This document shows positions 48,681-61,400 of a stretch of DNA of 64,000 bases, in pieces. The DNA lies in the NCBI GenBank assembly GCA_035221665.1, contig CM069149.1, forward strand, positions 31,682,001 through 31,746,000, read 5' to 3'. How positions within the stretch are numbered: position 1 is the stretch's first letter; each line of letters starts with the position of its first letter. The notes under the pieces are model-generated. The model saw nothing but the letters and a program-made list of their open reading frames with translations, did no database searches and was not told the origin of the DNA. This stretch comes from Okamejei kenojei. Taxonomy: Eukaryota. The position numbers were made by a program, and so were the translations under genes.

Positions 48681-49139
48681 TCCCACCAGACTTTTATTGG
48701 GCGGCTGTGAATTAGGATTTCCCTTATGTGGGAACTCTTGCATGAAGATACCTTTGATCCTGATGAATGGCAGGGCAAGTTTGGGAGACCATTTATATCT
48801 GTTCTTATTTCTTCCATTTGTTGTGACCATGTTTCTTAAAGGGAAACCCTTCTGGAACTGACTTTCCAGTGTTTGTATGCACTATGGACTCTTCAAACAC
48901 CTTCCAAAGTCCACCGATTCCCTGTCTGATACAGGGCCGATTCAAATGTTAGACCTCTGTTCTCCAGAAGTATGGGAGGCCACTTCATTAAAGCATACAA
49001 AGTTGTTTGTTGGCTGTACCCAGTACATGTGGGTAGGATGTTTACTCTGAGGTCCAGAACCTGGAGCAGGTTGAGAGACGCAACACCATCACCACTATGC
49101 TGAGAGAATGGAGCAGCTGGGCTTGTACACTCTGGAGTT

Positions 49140-50030
49140 ACATAGAAACATAGAAAATAGGTGCAGGAGGAGGCCATTCGGTCCTTCAAGCCAGCACCGC
49201 CATTCATTGTGATCATGGCTGATCGTCCGCTATCAATAACCCGTGCCTGCCGTCTCCCCATATCCCTTGACTCCATTAGCCCCTAGAGCTCTATCCAACT
49301 CTCTCTTAAATCCATCCAGTGATTTGGCCTCCACTGCCCTCTGTGGCAGGGAATTCCATACATTCACAACTCTCTGGGTAAAAAAGTTTTTTCTCACCTC
49401 AGTCTTAAATGACCTCCCATTTATTCTAAGACTGTGGCCCCTGGTTCTGGACACCCAACATTGGGAACATTTTTTTAAAGAAGGAACTGCAGATGCTGGA
49501 GAATCGAGGGTACACAAAAAGCTGGAGAAACTCAGCGGGTGCAGCAGCATCTAAGGAGCGAAGGAGATAGGCGACGTTTCGGGTCGAGACCCTTCTTCAG
49601 ACAATTGGGAACATTTTACCTGCATCTAGCTTGTCCAGTCCTTTTATAATTTTGTATGTTTCTATAAGATACCCCCTCATCCTTCTAAACTCCAGTGAAT
49701 ACAAGCCTAGTCTTTCAATCTTTCCTCATATGACAGTCCCGCCATCCCAGGGATCAATCTCGTGAACCTACGCTGCACTGCCTCAATCACAAGGATGTCC
49801 TTCCTCAAATTACGAGACCAAAACTGTACACAATACTCCAGATGTGGTCTCACCAGAGCCCAATACAACTGCAGAAGAACCTCTTTACTCCTGTACTGAA
49901 ATCCTCTTGTTATGAAGGCCAACATTCCATTAGCTTTCTTCATTGCCTGCTATACCTGCATGCCAACTTTCAGTGACCAGTGTACAAGGACACCCAGGTC
50001 TCGCTGTACCTCTCCCTTAGCTAACCTAAA
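49140..50030 (-). mobile_element. CR1-type LINE 3' portion, interrupted by a pLTR copy (49474-49603, TSD attgggaacatttt)
   Basis: KKANGMLAFITRGFQYRSKEVLLQLYWALVRPHLEYCVQFWS; TRGHSLRING..FFTQRVVNVWNSLP. Confidence 0.9.
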
Positions 50031-50034
50031 CCTG

Positions 50035-50430
50035 TAGAAGGATGAGAGGTGATCTCATTGAAACATATAAGATTGTTAAGGGCTTGGACACGCTAGACGC
50101 AGGAAACACGTTCACGATGTTGGGGGAAACCAGAACCAGGGGCCACAGTTTAAGAATAAGGAGTAAGCCATTTAGAACGGAGACGAGGAAACACTTTTTC
50201 TCACAGAGAGTGGTGAGTGTGTGGAATTCTCTGCCTCAGAGGGTGGTGTAGGCAGGTTCTCTGGATGCTTTCGAGAGAGAGCTAGATAGGGCTCTTAAAT
50301 ATAGCAGAATCGGGATATGGGGAGAAGGCAGGAACGGGGTACTGATATGGTATGATCAGCCATGATCACATTGAATGGCGGTGCTGGCTCGTCGGGGCGA
50401 ATGGCTTACTCCTGCACCTATTGTCTATTG
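50035..50430 (+). mobile_element. CR1-type LINE 3' end
   Basis: RGDLIETYKIVKGLD..TRGHSLRI..FFSQRVVSVWNSLP; tail cctattgtctattg. Confidence 0.85.
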
Positions 50431-51739
50431 CCTATTATCAATCCCCCACCATTAAAAAAAATCTGCTTTTATGTTTTGCTGCCAAAATGGATGACCTCAC
50501 GTATTTTTTTTACATTACATGCCTTGTCCCATGACCTCATCCATTTACTTAATTTATCCATGTCCCCCAGAAGTATCCCTGCATCCCCTTCACAACTCAT
50601 CTAACGTCGTATCATCAACAAATTTAGATATATTAGAGTTGTGCAGCCTGGTTCAGGAATCTGATGGTTGTTGAAAAGTAGCTGTAATGAGTAGGAAGGA
50701 ATTGCAGATGCTGGTTTAAACAGTCGATAGACATAAAAAGTAACTCAGCGGGACAGACAACATCTCTGGAGAAAAGGAATAGGTGATGTTTCGTGTCGAG
50801 ACCCTTCTTTAGCTGTTCCAGAACTCGGTGTGGGACTTCAGGCTTCTGAATCTCCTGTTCTTTTATCCAAATCATTGATGTAGATTGTGATCAGGTATGG
50901 ACCCAGCATTAATCTCTGCATTGGTCACAGCTTGTTGATCTGACAACAATCCATTTAGTTTACCAATCCTCAGTCCATGCTGCTATATTACTCCCAACAC
51001 CATCCTGTCTTATTCAGAGAATTCCTCAAGTATTCTGCCTGGTTGCACCATGATCTGTTATGACAATTTCAATACACAGGACTGCAAGAGGCAGCAGAGA
51101 CTGGTAGATTCAGTGACGTTACGGGCACAGCCCTCCCCACCATTGAAAGCATCTAAATAAGGTGCTGCCTCAAAAAGGCAGCAGCAATCATCAAGGATCC
51201 CCACCATCTGGGCCATTCCCTCTTGCTGCCACTGCCGGGCAGGTTGTATAGAAACCTGAAGTCCCATACCACCAGGTTCAGGAGTAACTACTTTTCAATG
51301 ACCATCAACCTGCATAACCCTAATTCTACCTCAGCACGACAAACTATGGACCAACTCTTCCATTACCGTGGACTTTGTTTCTAATTGTGTTTTGCACTAA
51401 TGTCTTGTTTTCTGCATAATCATTTTTTTTTTCACTCCCTTGTGTCATTTATGTATATTTTGTTTTTTTTTGTCTAAGTCTGTGCGTGTGATGCTGCTGC
51501 AAACAAGATTCTCACTGTGCCTTTACCCCACTGTATTTGTGCATTTGAGTGAGAGTCAAGTCCAGAGTGTTTAATTGGCATATGTACTGACAATGGAACA
51601 ATGGAATTATTTCTTGCAGCAGCATAACAGACAACACAATACACACAGATAATATATAATAAACAAAAAGTCAATAAATTAATAACCTTGATACGTGCAG
51701 AAAAATCCTGGTCCTTGGTACAACAAAATGCATCAGCGT

Positions 51740-52282
51740 AGAACTTACATTAGGCCGCTTTGGAGTATTGCATGCAGTTCTGGCTGCCACATTACTGGGA
51801 AGATGTGAAGGCTTTGGAGAGGGTGCAGAGGAGGTTCACAAGAATGCTGCCTGGATTTCAGCTACAATGAGAGATTGGGTATATTTGGATTGCTTTCTTT
51901 GGAACGTCAGAGGTTGAGGAGAGACTTGAGAAAAGTATATAAAATAATGACGCATAAATAGGGTAGACAGAACCATTTTCCAAGATGGAAATGTCCAACA
52001 CTAGCTTGCAGAGCTATAAGGCGAGAGGGGGAAATTTGAATGGAGATGTGCGGGGCAAGTTTTTTTACACAGAGTGGTGCGGGGCAGGAACACATTGCCA
52101 GATGTGGTAGTGGAGGCAGATACGACAGTGGTGTTTAAGACGCTTTTAGATACCACATGGAAGTGCAGGAAATAAAGGGATGCGGATAATGTACAGGCAG
52201 CTGAGATCAGTTTAACCAGGCATCATTTTTGGCACAAATATTGTGGGCTGAAGGTCTCGTTCCAGTGTTGTACTGTTCTATG
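51740..52282 (+). mobile_element. degenerate CR1-type LINE 3' end
   Basis: Remnants of RP.LEYC.QFW and LERVQRRFTRMLPG coding motifs; related pieces at 44460-44700 and 53175-53600. Confidence 0.7.
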
Positions 52283-54801
52283 AAGGGCAGTCCATAGTTG
52301 GCGTTAGTGTAGTGTTCGAGAGTCTGATGGGTGTGGGGAAGTAACTTCATCAACCTCGTGGTCGTGAATGTCAGACTTCTTAAATTAATTATTTAATTTG
52401 TGCAGCACCTTCTCCAAAGTTTTCTGAGGGTCCAAGCACACCACATCCATTAATCCTCCTTACCTGTTTGTCAGGAATCCATATTGACTGCTCAAATCTA
52501 ATATTATTTTCTAAGTACCCTGTTACCACTTTGTTAATAATAAATCTTTGCGCGTTTGCTACTACTAATGTCAGGCTAGGCAGCTGGAGGAAGAAGGTCA
52601 TGTCACGCATAAGGAAGGTGCCTATTCATATTTTTGCAAACCTCGCGTTTGGTGTCACTCGAATGGGCTGATTCCAAGTCGCAGTCTGCTGATGGTAAGT
52701 TCTGCAATGTGCTTGCTGTCCAATAGGTGGGGCAGGAGGCCTCAGAATAGGAGACCTGGTGGCACTGTTGACATCCATGTGCCAGAAGAATGTTTTTCTT
52801 CGAATCTGTGAACATGACACTTCCATATCCCAGTGGCAGAGTGGCACCCACACCCTCACACATGATTGAGGGCTCCTTGTGATAAGAAGATATGTTTCAT
52901 CGTAGTACTAAATGCAGCACAGAAACAGATCCTTCAGCCCATCTCATTCACGTTGATGAAGTTGCCTAACCAAGCTAGTCCATGTGACAGTGCTTTCTCC
53001 CTCGTGTGCCAATCTGAACCCCATTAACGGCAGGCATGCTCGGAGGAGCAGAGGACCCGTACAGTGGACAGTGCCTGGCTGCCAGAAAACACCCGGCAGG
53101 CAGCCTGGACAATGCTCTGGACTGAGCTGAGGCCACAGCCAAAGCTACAACAGCCATGTCCAACAAGCTATTATTGGGTGCAGAGGTTTACCAGAATGCT
53201 GTCCGGATTAGAGGGTTTCAGCCACACGGAGAGGTTGGATAGTCTTGGATTGTTTTCTCTGGAATGTCAGAGATTGAGGGAAGACTTGATAGAAATATAC
53301 ACAATTATGAGAGGCAGGGATAGGGTAGATAGAACCTTTTTCCCAGGGTGGCAATGTCCAACACTGGAGTGCATAGCTACACAGTTAGAGGGGGAACGTC
53401 TAATGGAGATATGCAGGGCAGGTCTTTTACACAGTGGGTGCTGGGGCCCCGGAATGCATAGTCTAGTGGTGGTGGGGGCAGATTAAAGATAGTAGTGTTT
53501 AAGAAGCTTTTGCATAGCCATGTGGAAATGTAGTGAAGAGAGGGATATAGATCATGTGCAGGCAGATGAGATTAGTTCAGCTTGGCATCCTGTGCAGGCT
53601 TAGAGGAAGATAGCTGCTAGAACCTCCTCTTCAAGGCCAAGACAGCCAGCAGGACAAACCTGAGACGGCCAGCGCATCCTCCTGAGGCAACAGTGAGCTG
53701 CCAGGACAGGCCAGAGAGGGACAAGGCCCCTAGATCGCCAGTGCCTCCTCACTTGCCCACAGACAATGAGGGACTGCTCTCCCACAAAGAACTGAACCTT
53801 TGCATGACTGTCGTCATTCACTATAAATAAACCATTGTCAACTTGGCATCGTCCCCGCATCACACTGGGGGAGAATGTGAGCCTGACTACCAGCATGATG
53901 GCAGATGCTTCATTGAACCAAGCACATCAAAACACCAGTGTTCATAGGGTTTCATCCTTTCTGTTCGAAATCCAAATGGACAGACATCGTAGAGAAGAAT
54001 CAATGGAGATACCCCATGTAACTAGGCAGCCTCATGAAAGTAGATTGCAGACATAATGTGCGGATAAAATGATGGAAACAGGGCAGAGGACAAAAAACAA
54101 AGTATACCACTTTTAAAATACACCTAAAGAAAGTTGCTCCAAAGGAAAATAAATACACAATTTTAATTAGTCTGTTTACAGTTTTTTTTTTTGACGTCTG
54201 GATTCGATGCCAAGCGGTGGCAAGCGCTGCCGGAAAACACCCAGCACCCTGGACAGCACCCTGGACAGCGCTCTGGACTGAGCAGAGGCAACAGCCACAG
54301 GAGTAACAGCTGCATCCTGTTCACTGTTATTAGATTGTCCCAACTGCACCTCAGTTAGAAAAGACAAAGGGAGGGAGAGAGGAAGCAATGGGAGAGAGAA
54401 AGGAAACAAGAGAGAGGAAGAAATAGATTGAGAGAGGAAGGGAGAGAAAGTGGGTTCATCCCTACTGAATGGCCTAATTCTGCTCCTATAACTTTAAAAA
54501 ATAAATGTAGTCTAACCATAGTCTTGTACAGCTGTAGCATGATGTGCCAAATCTTATACACAATGCACTGAGCACTGAAGGCAAGCATGCTAAGCGTGCA
54601 CTGGTGCATCACCACTCAGTGTATCTATGTCACCACTTTCATGGAACTGTATATCTGTATCCCTCGGTCTCACTGTTCTACAACAGTCTCCAGGGCCTGA
54701 TCATTTACTGTGTAAGTTTTACCCTGGTTGGTCTTACCAAAATGCAATACCTCACATCTATCTGATTTAAATTCAACCTACCATTCCTCAGCCCACTGGC
54801 C

Positions 54802-54855
54802 GGGGTGGGAGATTGCAACCCTCACGTGGTCCGCCCTGTTTCGACTAATGCAATC
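54802..54855 (+). ncRNA. predicted minimal HDV-like (double-pseudoknot) self-cleaving ribozyme
   Basis: P1 GGGGTGG/CCGCCCT (G1.U wobble), P2 GATTGCA/TGCAATC, P3 ACC/GGT, L3 CTCACGT, reduced P4 T-TTCG-A, J4/2 CTAA. Confidence 0.7.
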
Positions 54856-54938
54856 AACTCGACATGCACAAACGGAACATCAAATAGAACAAGTTGTCCA
54901 ACAACTTTAGGCTGTGCACGCCACATGAAAGAAGAAGA
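54802..54938 (+). mobile_element. short non-autonomous retroelement headed by an HDV-like ribozyme fold (copy 3)
   Basis: TSD agcccactg(g/a)cc (54790-54801 / 54939-54950); (GAA)n tail; inserted in a minus-strand CR1 remnant. Confidence 0.85.
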
Positions 54939-55557
54939 AGCCCACTGACCCAGTTAATCAAGGTGCTGTTGTAATCATAGATAACCTTGTTCAATGTCCA
55001 CTATACCACTTAGAGTTAGTCTTCCACAAAGTTGCTCACCGTGCCACCTACATTCATAAAATCCCCATCCAAATGAGTGCCAGTGGACTCAGCTCTGACC
55101 TCTCTGGTACACCACTTGGTACAAGCCTCTAGTCCAAAAAAACAATCTGCCACAACCACCGTCTGTCCTCTGCCTTCAAGCCAATTTATGCCCAATTGGC
55201 TAGCTCACCCTGGATCCTACATAAAACTACCATAAAGCAACTAGCCTGCTATGTGGTACCTTGTCAAAGGCTTTGTTAAAATCCATGTACACAATGCTTA
55301 TCACACTGTCCTCATCAATCTTGGTCACCTCTTCAAAAAACTTGTGAGACACGATTTCCCATGCACAAATCCATGCTGACGACCCCTAATCAGATTTGAC
55401 TTTCCAAGTACATGTAGATTCTGTCTCTCTGAACCACTCCGGTATATTACCCACCACTGATGTTCGGCTCAGGCTCTGGTTTTTCCTTGCAGCCTTTTTT
55501 AAACAGGTACGACATTAGCCATTCCAATCTTCCGGTATCTCATCCATGGATTAAGAT

Positions 55558-56786
55558 CAGGCGCTTCTTCGTCCAACTAAACGACAAGAAGAGCAAATGG
55601 AAAGCCCAAAAGAATGGCCTACCACAAGGCAGGGTACTGGCCCCCCTCCTCTTCAACATCTACACCAACGACCAACCACTTCCCCCACAATGCCGCCGTT
55701 TCATCTATGCTGATGACCTCTGCATCACCACCCAACAGGAGAACTTCCAGAAGATCGGGTCTGTCCTGGAAAACGCCCTCCAAGAGATGACAACCTACTA
55801 CAATAACAACCACCTGAAACCCAACCCATCAAAAACCCAACTATGCAGCTTCCACCTTAAAAATCGAGACGCAGGGAAACAACTGAGCGTCTCATGGGAT
55901 GGCCACAGACTCTCCAACCCCTTCCACCCCGTGTACCTCGGAGTCACACTCGACAGGACACTCTCTTTCAAAACCCACCTTCAGAACACCAAAGCCAAGG
56001 TCAACACTCGCAACAACATGCTGCGCAAACTGGTAAACTCAAAGTGGGGCGCTGATCCACCAACCATCCGTGCAACTGCCCTAGCCCTGTGCTTCTCCAC
56101 AGCTGAATACACGTGCTCAAGCTGGAGCCGCTCCCACCACACCAAACTGGTTGACACAGCCCTCAACGACACCTGCCGCATTATCACGGGATGCATAAAG
56201 ACAACGCCAGTCCCGTGGCTCTACGCCCTAGCTGGTATTGCCCCCCCCCCCCCCCCCCCCCCCCCATATCAGACGATCCATCATCGCCAAAGACGAGCGG
56301 AGAGCACAGGAGATCGATACCAGGCACCCCCTGTACGGACACACAGCACCTCCACCCCGACTGAAATCCAGAGCCAGTTTCTTGCAGACAGTCCCACCTC
56401 TCCAGACAACCAAAGAAACAGCAAGGACCAACATCTGGAAAGATGAATGGAACCGGCTCAACACACGAGCCCACGACTGGATGGAGAGAGGAATCACTCC
56501 GACTGAATGCCTCGCCAGCGGGCACGACCTCCCATGGCCAACCTGGAAGACCCTCAACAGATTACGAGTGGAGCAGGGGAGATGCAAAGCACTTATGAAA
56601 GCATGAAACTACCAGGCAGAAGACACATGCAGCTGTGGAGCAGCACAGACAATGTCCCACCTACTGGAGTGTGATGACGCCCCCCAGTGCAGCCCCCAGG
56701 AGCTGGCTGAACCGACCCGACCAGCTGTGACCTGCGCCAGATACTGGCAGAACGACATCTGCGATTGCAACGGACTCGAAGAAGAA
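55558..56786 (+). mobile_element. 5'-truncated Vingi/Ingi-like non-LTR retrotransposon (RT C-terminal half)
   Basis: NGLPQGRVLAPLLFNIYTND, FIYADDLC, YLGVTLDRTLSF, WGA...TALALCFSTAEY; C-terminal C-x-C..H..C remnant; (GAA)n tail; TSD gattaagat (55549-55557 / 56787-56795); frameshift at the poly-C run 56241-56265. Confidence 0.85.
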
Positions 56787-57439
56787 GATTAAGATGATAT
56801 ACATTTCTCTGCTGGGCCATACAGTTTCTTCCCCAGCATCCCACAATATCCTTGGATACAATTGATGAGGTCCAGGGGATTTATCTAACTTTATGTATTT
56901 TTGAGATATCCAGCACCATCTCTTCTATTATGTGGACTCTCTTCAAAATCGCTTTAATTTTTATTATTTACCCTTGCAACTATGTCTTTCTACGTGATAA
57001 AAATGGAGGCGAAATATTCATTTAACAGCTTGTCCATCTCCAATGGCTCCACACCTCAATGTCCCTGTTGATCTTTGTACAGGTCCTAGTACCAGTTATT
57101 CTTTTACCCTTAATGTAGAATTTCTTCGGATTTTTCTTTATTGGTAATTGTTTTGGTTTATTATTGTCACGTTTACTGAGACATAGTGAAAACCATATAT
57201 GGGTTCAAACAAGCCATACAGAAGTACAACAGGTGGTTCAAAAAGAAAATTAACCAGAGTGCAGAATATAGCATTACAGTGTAACTGTTACAGCTGCAGA
57301 AAAAATGCAGATTAAAAAAGTGTAGGTGCCATATGGGGTAGGTTGGGAGATCATGTCAACACCCTTCACTTTTGAGCGTTCCGTTCAGTAGTCTAATAAC
57401 AGTTGGGGGGGGGGGGGGGACTGTTCCGAATTTGGTGTT

Positions 57440-58250
57440 ACATGGAGATTGGCTGAATGGCAGAAGGCAAAGTGTGGGAATAAAGGGGCTTTTTCTGGTT
57501 GGCTGCCGGTGACTAATGGTGCTCGGCAAGGGTCGGTGTGGGATCTGCCACTTTCACGTATATAATGATTCAGATGATGGAACTGATGCCTTTATGGCCA
57601 AGCTTGCAGATGATATGAAGACAGGTGGAGGGACAGGTAGTGAAAACGAGGCAGAGAGTCTGCAGGAGGACTTGGACAGGCAGATGGAATGAGAAAGTGA
57701 GCAAAAGAAGTCACAGGTGCAGATGGCAATATTCCCAAAATACAGGTTGAATTAGTTTGTAAGGATAAATGTCGAGAGTCAAAAAATGCTGAGGTAAGGC
57801 ACTGGTCAATTTAGAGTATTGTGAGCAGGCGAGGGATACTTTGGGAGGGTAGGATTCAGAATTGGGTTCGCGATGAGTATTTTAGGGCTCTGGTGTACTC
57901 ACTGGAGTTTAAAGGATGGTGGGGGGGGGGGGGTGGATCTCATTGTAACTAACCAAACATTGAAAGGCCTGGATAGAGTGGATGTGGATGTTTCCACTAC
58001 CAGAGAGCTCAGCTTCAGAATAAATGATGTATGTTTAGAATGAAGATGATAAATTTATTTCACCAGAGAGTGGTGAATCTGTGGAATTCATTGTCACAGG
58101 TGCCTGTGGGTTTTTGATTAATAAGGGTGTCAAAGGTAATGGGGGAAAGGCAGAAGAATGGGGTAGAGAGGGAAAAATAAATTAGTTCATCATTGAATGG
58201 CAGAGTAGACTTGATGATTGAATGGCCTAATTCTGCTCCAATGACTTATG
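57440..58250 (+). mobile_element. degenerate CR1-type LINE
   Basis: Remnants of W.PVT.G..QGSV, KLADD.K.GG and FTREW.NLWNSL. Confidence 0.7.
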
Positions 58251-58554
58251 GATGTGAACTTATTGGCTTTTCCCTATTTTAAGACTTCAACATTTGGCCG
58301 AGTGCTATCCTTTTTCCTAATTATTTAAAAACAAATAATAAAATTAAGTTATAAGATTAATGCTAGCAAAAAGATGTGTGGAAAACATGCTCAAAGACCT
58401 ATTTACATTTTTTTGAGTGGGATGGAATAGAAATGCACCCAAGAGCTTAAGCTAAAGATTTGAGCATTTTATGCTTTCAAGTGTTATACCACAGTTGTAA
58501 CGATTAGCGACCTGCTCTTTGCATATTGTTTCCAGATCATTGTTAGCAGCACGT

Positions 58555-58660
58555 TGTTAGCGGCCTTACAGCGCCAGAGACCCAGGTACTATCCTGACTA
58601 TGCGTGCTGTCTGTACGGACTTTCTACGTTCTTCCTGTGATCGCGTGGGTTTTCTTTGAG
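58555..58660 (+). mobile_element. V-SINE (HE1-like) fragment
   Basis: cagcgccagagacccagg..atcctgactatgcgtgctgtctgtacggac; homologous to 32450-32550. Confidence 0.7.
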
Positions 58661-60190
58661 CCTAGATGCTTCTGTTGATGAGATTAGTTAGATTGGCAAG
58701 GTTCGTGCAAACACGGCAGGCTGAAGGGTGTGCTCCTGTGCTGTATTATTCTATGTTGTATGACTCAAATCCTATACCTGACTAAAATTAACCACTCTTA
58801 GGCTCTGATCCATAACATGAGATATAACAGTACATTATAGGAACTGGCCCTTCAACTGAAAATGTCTGTGATGTGCAAACCCACACTGGTGCCCCTACTA
58901 AAATTCCTACCAGCTGGTTTGTGAAGAGATGCAACCTTGGATGATGAACTGATACCTGCTCTGTCTCTATCACGCAAAATGTATTTTAAACATTGTTATG
59001 AATAATCTCTCATTTTTTGGATTTATTTAATTGCTTTATTTCTTTTGTGAGCTGTTGATTCCTACGTAATTTAATCTTCATCCAATTCTGCAAGATTTGT
59101 TTTGCCATTTCAATTACAATCAGTCTTGTTTACTTCACCATTCTTGGCTAACTTTCTGCAGACATTTTATGAACAGAACCCAACTCAATTATCTTGAGGA
59201 TGTAACTGCAGTAAATATTTAATGTGCATGTAGGTTATCGGGACTGGCAATCCATAAGCTGGACCAATGATTCAGGGACATGTTTAAATCCTATCTCAGC
59301 AGTTGGTAACTTTAAATGCAATTAAATAGATACATCTGCAACATAAAAATAAGATCAGTATTGATGACCACAAAGCTACTGGATTGCTGTTTGAGGCCCT
59401 TTTATCCCATTAATATCTCTCAAGATAATGTGACCCATTGTGGTTCTGGCTTGTGTCGATGTGCTTGGCTTTTGATGTGGAATGGCCCCTCACTTTAGAA
59501 TTTAGAGTCTATGCTCTTAGGTAAGATTAAAACACAGAATAAAGTTTTTATCAACGTTCTGAAGGCATTTATCAAGATTCCACATTAAAGTTCATGGAAT
59601 GGTGGGCAAACTACCAGCCTGGTTAGAAGATCACATACAGCCATATAAGTAAAGAACAGGCATTGACCCTTCAAACCTTTTCCACCACTTAATAAGACAA
59701 TGACTGATCTCAGCTTGGTATTAACTGTGGTTACATTTTGCCTTGCTTATCAAGCTTTAAACATTTCAAAGAGCTCTGTCCCCACTGTTCTTGAAGAAGA
59801 GAGTTTCAGCCCATCACAGAGCATCAGTCCGTTGATTTCCTGACACGCCTTCCCTCCTCAGTGTCCATACATGGTCACCTAACTGTGCACAACCCACCTC
59901 TAAATCCTCGTCAAGATCTTCAAGCTTAACTATACTCATAAATTAATAGTTTCAGCCTGCTCATCCCACAGAACATATTTCTTCCTACCTTGATTCCATT
60001 CTGGCTTAGTCCTTTGCAGCTTACATCTGTGACATCTCTCATGCCCCTAATCGTTTCTTAGTTCCAACTGATTCATCTTCATCAAGGGGTTCAATGCCTC
60101 TACATTTCCACCCGGCACCAGGATGGTGAAATGTTCCTTTGATTCTTCCTCAGCAGAACCCCAGCCTCACTCCTCAATCACCCTCCACCT

Positions 60191-60845
60191 ATCATAATCA
60201 TAATCATAATAATACTTTATTAGCCAAGTATGTTTTGTAACATGCAAGGAATTTCATTTGTCATAGTCATACCAATGAAAAACAACAGAACACACAAAAT
60301 ACATTTTAACAAAAACATCCAACACAGTGACTCCTCCACATTCCTCACTGCGATAGAAGACAAAAAAAAGTTCAATCCCTTCCCTTCTTTGTTCTCCCGC
60401 GGTAGGGGGCCTCGAACCTTCCGTTGATGGGGCGATCTTCGCTCCCGTAGCCGGTGGCATGTGGGGCCTCCGCATCGGGGCGATCAAGCTCCTGCATCGA
60501 GGGGGAATCTCAGCTCCTTCCCACCGGGCGATCAGACCCCGGGTCGGGGCTGGTCAAAATCTTCTGTGTCCTTTGGAGCTTCCCGACATCGGTCTCCACC
60601 CGAGCTCCTTGATGGTGAAATCCGCAGACTGCGGTTGGAGCGTCAATCCCAGGCAAGCGGTCGCAGGCTCCAATGGTAGGTCCACGTCCCCATAGTGGGG
60701 CTCAAAGTCAGTCCCGAGCAAGGCCTCCAGCTCAATGATGTTAGGCCGCAGAGCGACTGGAGATACGATCCAGAAAACAATCGCATATCCGGCAAGGTAA
60801 GAGACTGAAAAAAAGTCTCCCCTGACCCCCTCCCCCACCTCAATC
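60191..60845 (-). mobile_element. non-autonomous LINE-derived element with (TATGAT/ATT)n tail; longest copy of its family in the window
   Basis: Tail atcataatcataatcataataatactttatt (minus-strand AATAAA plus microsatellite) joined to a GC-rich body; homologous to 1663-2045 and 10943-11152. Confidence 0.65.
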
Positions 60846-60849
60846 AAAA

Positions 60850-61400
60850 GTGTAGCCATGGGATCGTGCATGGGCTCCAGCTATGCCTGTCTTGTGAGCT
60901 AAGTGGAATAGTCCATATTTTAATCCCATCAGGCTTCCTTCAACTTGTTTTCTGTTACATGAGTGATGGTGTCAGTGCTGCCTCCTGCCACTTGTACAGA
61001 ATTCATTTCACTTGTACTTCCTCACCTCAGCTTCCTGTCGGGACTCTACTCCACTCTCCCAGTTTCTTCACCTCTATCATAATTGGATTTAAAGATACCT
61101 TCCACACCAGTGCCTTAACAATGCCTTCATTCTTTTAAAACCATGATTTGCCCTCTACCATAGTTGACTGGGTTCAATGTCATCTACATTTCCCACATTT
61201 CTGCCATCACTTCTCTTCTCCCAGTCAGAACAATTGAGTTTGCAGTCTCCTGTCCCATTATTATTCTGAGCTCTTTGTCTTCAGCTTCCACCACTGCCCT
61301 AATGAACAATGCGATTTGAGCAACAGCACTCATCTTCTATCAGATCATATTGCAGCCTTCAGGACTCAATATTGAGTTCAACAATTTCAGGAAACCTTTT
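60850..61400 (+). mobile_element. degenerate Penelope-like fragments
   Basis: gtagccatggga..gcatgggctccagctatgcctgtct (G.AMG..MGPSYA motif); 3' end ctcaatattgagttcaacaatttcag. Confidence 0.55.
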
